This document shows, piece by piece, positions 7,133-10,321 of a DNA stretch of 10,321 nt; position 1 is the stretch's first letter; each line of letters starts with the position of its first letter. Origin of the DNA: an uncultured Candidatus Poseidoniales archaeon (GTDB lineage Archaea > Thermoplasmatota > Poseidoniia > Poseidoniales > Thalassarchaeaceae); the NCBI GenBank assembly GCA_964645485.1, contig CAZXZO010000037.1, forward strand, positions 1 to 10,321. The letters are read 5' to 3'. The notes beneath the pieces are model-generated. The model did no database searches, was not told the origin of the DNA, and was given only the letters and a program-made list of their open reading frames with translations. The position numbers and the translations under genes are program-made.

Positions 7133-7158
7133 TCTTCGGAATTAATTGATGGAATCAC

Positions 7159-8931
7159 TCAACTGTAGTAGTAATCATCGTTCGCTTTCTGTTCACGGTC
7201 TTTTTGGCTGGATTCTTTATTGATACGTGGTCGCTTTGAATCATGATCTCTACGGAAAGTAACCCCCACTCCTTTCAAAAACCGGTTCATTCCCTTGCGA
7301 AGTGATAGTGGGCCAATAGCAGAACCTGCGGTTCCCCCTTCACCCTCAAACACAAGTAAAGAGTCACTTACGATATCAATGAAATATATGTCATGGTCAA
7401 TCACCATCGCTGATTTTTCATTAGATTCCATGGTTCGCCTGATGGCCTTAGCGGCCTCCATTCTTGCATTAGCATCCAAATGAGCACTTGGTTCATCTAA
7501 CAAATAAATGTCAGCATCTCTTCCAAGGCAGATTACAATCGAAACCGCTTGTAATTCCCCCCCAGAAAGACGAGATGCATCAAGTTCCAACAATTTGTCA
7601 ACTTCTAGTGGTCTAACAACTCTAGTTTGAAATTCACCGACATGCCAAGAACTTCCAATTTCAGCATCTAGCCATTCACGTACAGAACCAGGGAATTCGG
7701 CAGTAATGTGTTGTGGCTTATAGGAAACCTTTGCCTCCATGGTGCACCATCCAGCGTCCATTTCTAATTCACCAGCAAATATCTTGGCTAGCGTAGTTTT
7801 CCCAGTTGCATTAGGTCCAACGACTCCAACCACTTCCGTTTCATGTAATGTGCCTGTACCAGTTGTGAGTTTGAAATCACCGAGTTTTTTCTCCAAATCT
7901 CCCCATTCTAGTATTGGTAATCCAACCGCCTCCTCACGGATTGAACCTCTTACGAAAGAGATTGGTTTATCGCGAATCCGTACATTCTCCTCAACCAAAA
8001 ATCCGTCAAGATAAGCATTGATTGCTTTTCTAGTTGAACGGGCAGGCGTGAAGATTCCAAAAGCCGCCCGAGTTCCATAGACGATGTGGACAAGGTCGCA
8101 CAGAACGTCGAGAATAGCCAAGTCGTGCTCAATCACGATGACTCTTTTTCCTTCGGAAAGATTTTGCAATATTTTGACGATTCTCATTCTCTCAAAAATG
8201 TCAAGATAAGAAGACGGCTCATCAAAGAAATATACATCCGCCTCTTTCAATAATGTAGCGGCGATTGCAACTCTCTGCAATTCGCCGCCAGAAAGTTGAG
8301 GCAAATTTCTCTCCATCAAATGGTCGATTCCTAAGTCAGATGTCACTTCAGCCAATGCGTCTCTCTCGTCAACAGTAGTCAACAATTCACCGACTTGACC
8401 CTTGAACGCTTTAGGAATATGGTCAACATATTGTGGTTTGAGAGCCACCCTAACCCCTGTGCCAGCCACTAGTTCAAGGTAATCTCGTAACTCTCCTTTT
8501 GGTAGGCTCCCTAGAATCTCGTCCCACTCAGCCGCTTCAATATGCCAATCTCCCAAGTTAGGCGTGATGCCTCCTGAGAGAATGTTGATCGCAGTTGATT
8601 TCCCCATCCCATTTTGACCTAGGATACCCACAACTTGTTCTTCACGCGGGGCTGGTAGGCGGAAAAGTCGGAATCCATTTCTTCCATAACGATGAATCAT
8701 GTCAGATTTCAATTCTTCTGGCAGATTTTGAATTACTAATGCATCGAAAGGACATTTGTTAACACAAATTCCACAGCCAATGCAAAGTTGCTCTGAAATT
8801 ATCGGCTTCTTTGTTTTCTCATGGAAAACGATGCATTCCTGACCGTTGCGAACTGGTGGGCAGAAGGCATGACATTGGTCGTCGCATTTCTTTGGTTGAC
8901 ATCTGTCATCAAGAAGAACTGCTACCCTCAT
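7159..8931 (-). CDS. rli: Ribosome recycling ABC ATPase ABCE1/RLI (590 aa)
   Basis: N-terminal Fe-S domain (CQPKKCDDQCHAFCP, CIGCGICVNKCP); two NBDs with Walker A GQNGMGKST and GPNATGKTT, LSGGELQ twice, Walker B FFDEPS and LLDEPS; C-terminal TFRRD...RPRINK..S..DREQK hinge. Confidence 0.97.
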   Translation of the reverse strand: MRVAVLLDDRCQPKKCDDQCHAFCPPVRNGQECIVFHEKTKKPIISEQLCIGCGICVNKCPFDALVIQNLPEELKSDMIHRYGRNGFRLFRLPAPREEQVVGILGQNGMGKSTAINILSGGITPNLGDWHIEAAEWDEILGSLPKGELRDYLELVAGTGVRVALKPQYVDHIPKAFKGQVGELLTTVDERDALAEVTSDLGIDHLMERNLPQLSGGELQRVAIAATLLKEADVYFFDEPSSYLDIFERMRIVKILQNLSEGKRVIVIEHDLAILDVLCDLVHIVYGTRAAFGIFTPARSTRKAINAYLDGFLVEENVRIRDKPISFVRGSIREEAVGLPILEWGDLEKKLGDFKLTTGTGTLHETEVVGVVGPNATGKTTLAKIFAGELEMDAGWCTMEAKVSYKPQHITAEFPGSVREWLDAEIGSSWHVGEFQTRVVRPLEVDKLLELDASRLSGGELQAVSIVICLGRDADIYLLDEPSAHLDANARMEAAKAIRRTMESNEKSAMVIDHDIYFIDIVSDSLLVFEGEGGTAGSAIGPLSLRKGMNRFLKGVGVTFRRDHDSKRPRINKESSQKDREQKANDDYYYS

Positions 8932-8935
8932 TTAC

Positions 8936-8942
8936 TCACCTC
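8936..8942 (-). promoter_or_regulatory. Shine-Dalgarno of ABCE1
   Basis: GAGGTGA-gtaa-ATG, matching the archaeal anti-SD consensus. Confidence 0.8.
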
Positions 8943-8983
8943 TATTCTTTTCGGCTTGGATTCATTGTTTCATGCTTACTGCT

Positions 8984-9001
8984 CCCATCCTATAAGATGG
9001 G
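8984..9001. promoter_or_regulatory. Inverted repeat CCCATC-N6-GATGGG enclosing a putative TATA (minus-strand TTATAG)
   Basis: Perfect 6-bp arms at 8984-8989 and 8996-9001; TATA-like loop about 60 nt upstream of the ABCE1 ATG. Confidence 0.45.
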
Positions 9002-9010
9002 CGTTTTCAA

Positions 9011-10273
9011 TTACAGACGGAAAAACCGCTGCTTGGCATAGATGGCTGCTGCTAAGGTCACTTTCTCAACTTTTGAAAGTTTGATTTGACCGTGGAAGAT
9101 ATTGCCATCTCTTTTCTTAATTTTCTTCAATATTGAACCATAAAATGCCATCATCGCGGCTGGCGAATATCGGGCTTTGCGGTTAAGAAGTGGCAACAAT
9201 TTGAGAGACCGCTTGTGATAAGTTTCAATCTTTTCAATGAATTCAGCAGAGAATGCGTGCCATCGCTTGTCATTTGCCAAGTCACCTGATAATTCACTTG
9301 GCTTTATTCCATGCCTTTCCAAGTCTTCCAAAGGCAAGTAGACTCGATTTCTACCAGCATCTTCAGCAACATCTCTCAAGATATTTGTCATCTGCATGAA
9401 AATCCCCCATGACTCAGCATATTTTACCGCCAATGGGTCATCATAATCGTATATCTCAATGCAAACAAGTCCGACAGTGGAAGCAACTCGGTAACAGTAT
9501 TTGTACAGGTCATCAAATGTTCTGTAACGGTTAGTATAGAGGTCATCCTCCATTCCCGAAATCAAGTCATCAAGGTGTTCTCTTGGAACATCAAATCGTG
9601 AAACAGTGTCTTTGAGAGCCATGAAAATTGGGTCGGTAGATGCGTAGCAATTGTAGGCGGTGGACAACTTTTTGCGGAAAAAGAATAGTTGGGCTAATTT
9701 GTCTCGGTATGTTGGTGCGTCTAACACACTCTTGTCTCCAGTCAACAACTCGAGGCTTTCTCGGTACTCCTTCGCTTCTGGGTCTTGGGCGCCTTCACTA
9801 CCTGGGAACACATCCACATAATCGCCATCAGCAATGTCATCTGCTCGGCGGCAAAATGCATAATATGCACACATTGCCTTACGTTGTTCATCTGGTAGAT
9901 ACTTGAAAGAGTGGTAGAAGTTACCCGCTTCTTTACGAGTTAGAAGTTCACAATAGGCATACGCCGCATCCATCATTTCTTGAGGTACATTTTCTTCTTC
10001 CCAAATGGGTGCTTCGATATGGGCAAATGGGTTAACTAATTCTGCTTCAAAATCAAGACCAGCCATAAAAGCTGGAATCTCTTTCAACATATCAACAGCC
10101 GTAATACTGACCGCTTTTACCGCTTCACGTGAGATTTCAACTGCTGAACGAATCTGTTCTAATCGCTCTTGTTGATTCGAGTTCAGACCGCTTTCAGATA
10201 CACCATCAAAGATGTGCGAATCACCGAAGTTAGCGGTATCTGACATACGCCTCATTGAAAGTCTGTTTAACAT
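9011..10273 (-). CDS. crtB: Phytoene/squalene synthase family prenyltransferase (CrtB/HpnD-like); true start may be 10255 or 10246
   Basis: AYAYC..LTR..AGNFY..F..LP...R.A..A.YAFCR.ADDIAD (first Asp-rich motif), YC.RVASTVG, QMTNILRDVAED (second motif) and GRNRVYLP. Family call is firm; product specificity is inferred. Confidence 0.85.
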   Translation of the reverse strand: MLNRLSMRRMSDTANFGDSHIFDGVSESGLNSNQQERLEQIRSAVEISREAVKAVSITAVDMLKEIPAFMAGLDFEAELVNPFAHIEAPIWEEENVPQEMMDAAYAYCELLTRKEAGNFYHSFKYLPDEQRKAMCAYYAFCRRADDIADGDYVDVFPGSEGAQDPEAKEYRESLELLTGDKSVLDAPTYRDKLAQLFFFRKKLSTAYNCYASTDPIFMALKDTVSRFDVPREHLDDLISGMEDDLYTNRYRTFDDLYKYCYRVASTVGLVCIEIYDYDDPLAVKYAESWGIFMQMTNILRDVAEDAGRNRVYLPLEDLERHGIKPSELSGDLANDKRWHAFSAEFIEKIETYHKRSLKLLPLLNRKARYSPAAMMAFYGSILKKIKKRDGNIFHGQIKLSKVEKVTLAAAIYAKQRFFRL

Positions 10274-10289
10274 CTCTTAATGAACCCAA

Positions 10290-10304
10290 CGGCCCTAAGG
10301 GCCG
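10290..10304. repeat. GC-rich palindrome CGGCCC-TAA-GGGCCG upstream of the synthase gene
   Basis: Perfect 6-bp arms with a 3-nt spacer, about 10 nt upstream of a TTAA box at 10277-10280. Confidence 0.45.
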
Positions 10305-10321
10305 AACGCAATGATTGGAGT

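Larger units (their letters stand above)
4020..7145. other. Low-GC two-gene accessory cassette; boundaries approximate
   Basis: Hand counts of sampled 60-nt lines give roughly low-30s %GC inside versus mid-40s to 50 in the flanks. Orientation is opposite to all flanking genes. No integrase or transposase. Confidence 0.6.

Noticed and set aside
4020-7145. IS, provirus or integron call for the cassette
   Set aside because: No transposase, integrase, viral hallmark gene, target-site duplication or convincing terminal repeat.
7159-8931. ABCE1 as an anti-viral 'RNase L inhibitor', or as part of an Fe-S gene cluster with the nucleases
   Set aside because: Archaeal ABCE1 is a core ribosome-recycling factor. 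Proximity alone is no evidence, and the genes appear to have separate promoters.
4503-9906. Short ORFs overlapping the cassette, ABCE1 and the synthase
   Set aside because: They lie opposite or within well-supported CDSs and have no independent support.
10311-10321. ATG ATT GGA as the start of a divergent gene
   Set aside because: Only three codons are visible, which is too little to support.

Overview
Archaeal chromosomal window. Marine Group II/Poseidoniales-like Thermoplasmatota is an inference from archaeal ABCE1, a GAGGTGA RBS, TATA/BRE promoters and a phytoene synthase-family gene; it is not proven. Minus-strand backbone, right to left: a phytoene/squalene synthase-family gene with a long N-terminal extension, then ABCE1/RLI, then two tandem paralogous ~630-aa proteins, then tRNA-Ser(CGA), which is cut by the left edge and absent from the ORF track. 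Each paralog is a Cas4/AddB/Exo5-type four-Cys PD-(D/E)XK nuclease fused to two RPA-like OB folds. No helicase or cas gene is present. Between ABCE1 and the nucleases lies a ~3.1 kb low-GC, opposite-strand cassette of two exported proteins: a Cys-containing secreted orphan and a C-terminally anchored, sequon-rich probable beta-propeller. The best candidate for an undescribed system is the nuclease-OB-OB pair, possibly a heterodimeric ssDNA/end-processing enzyme with built-in RPA and an atypical active site.
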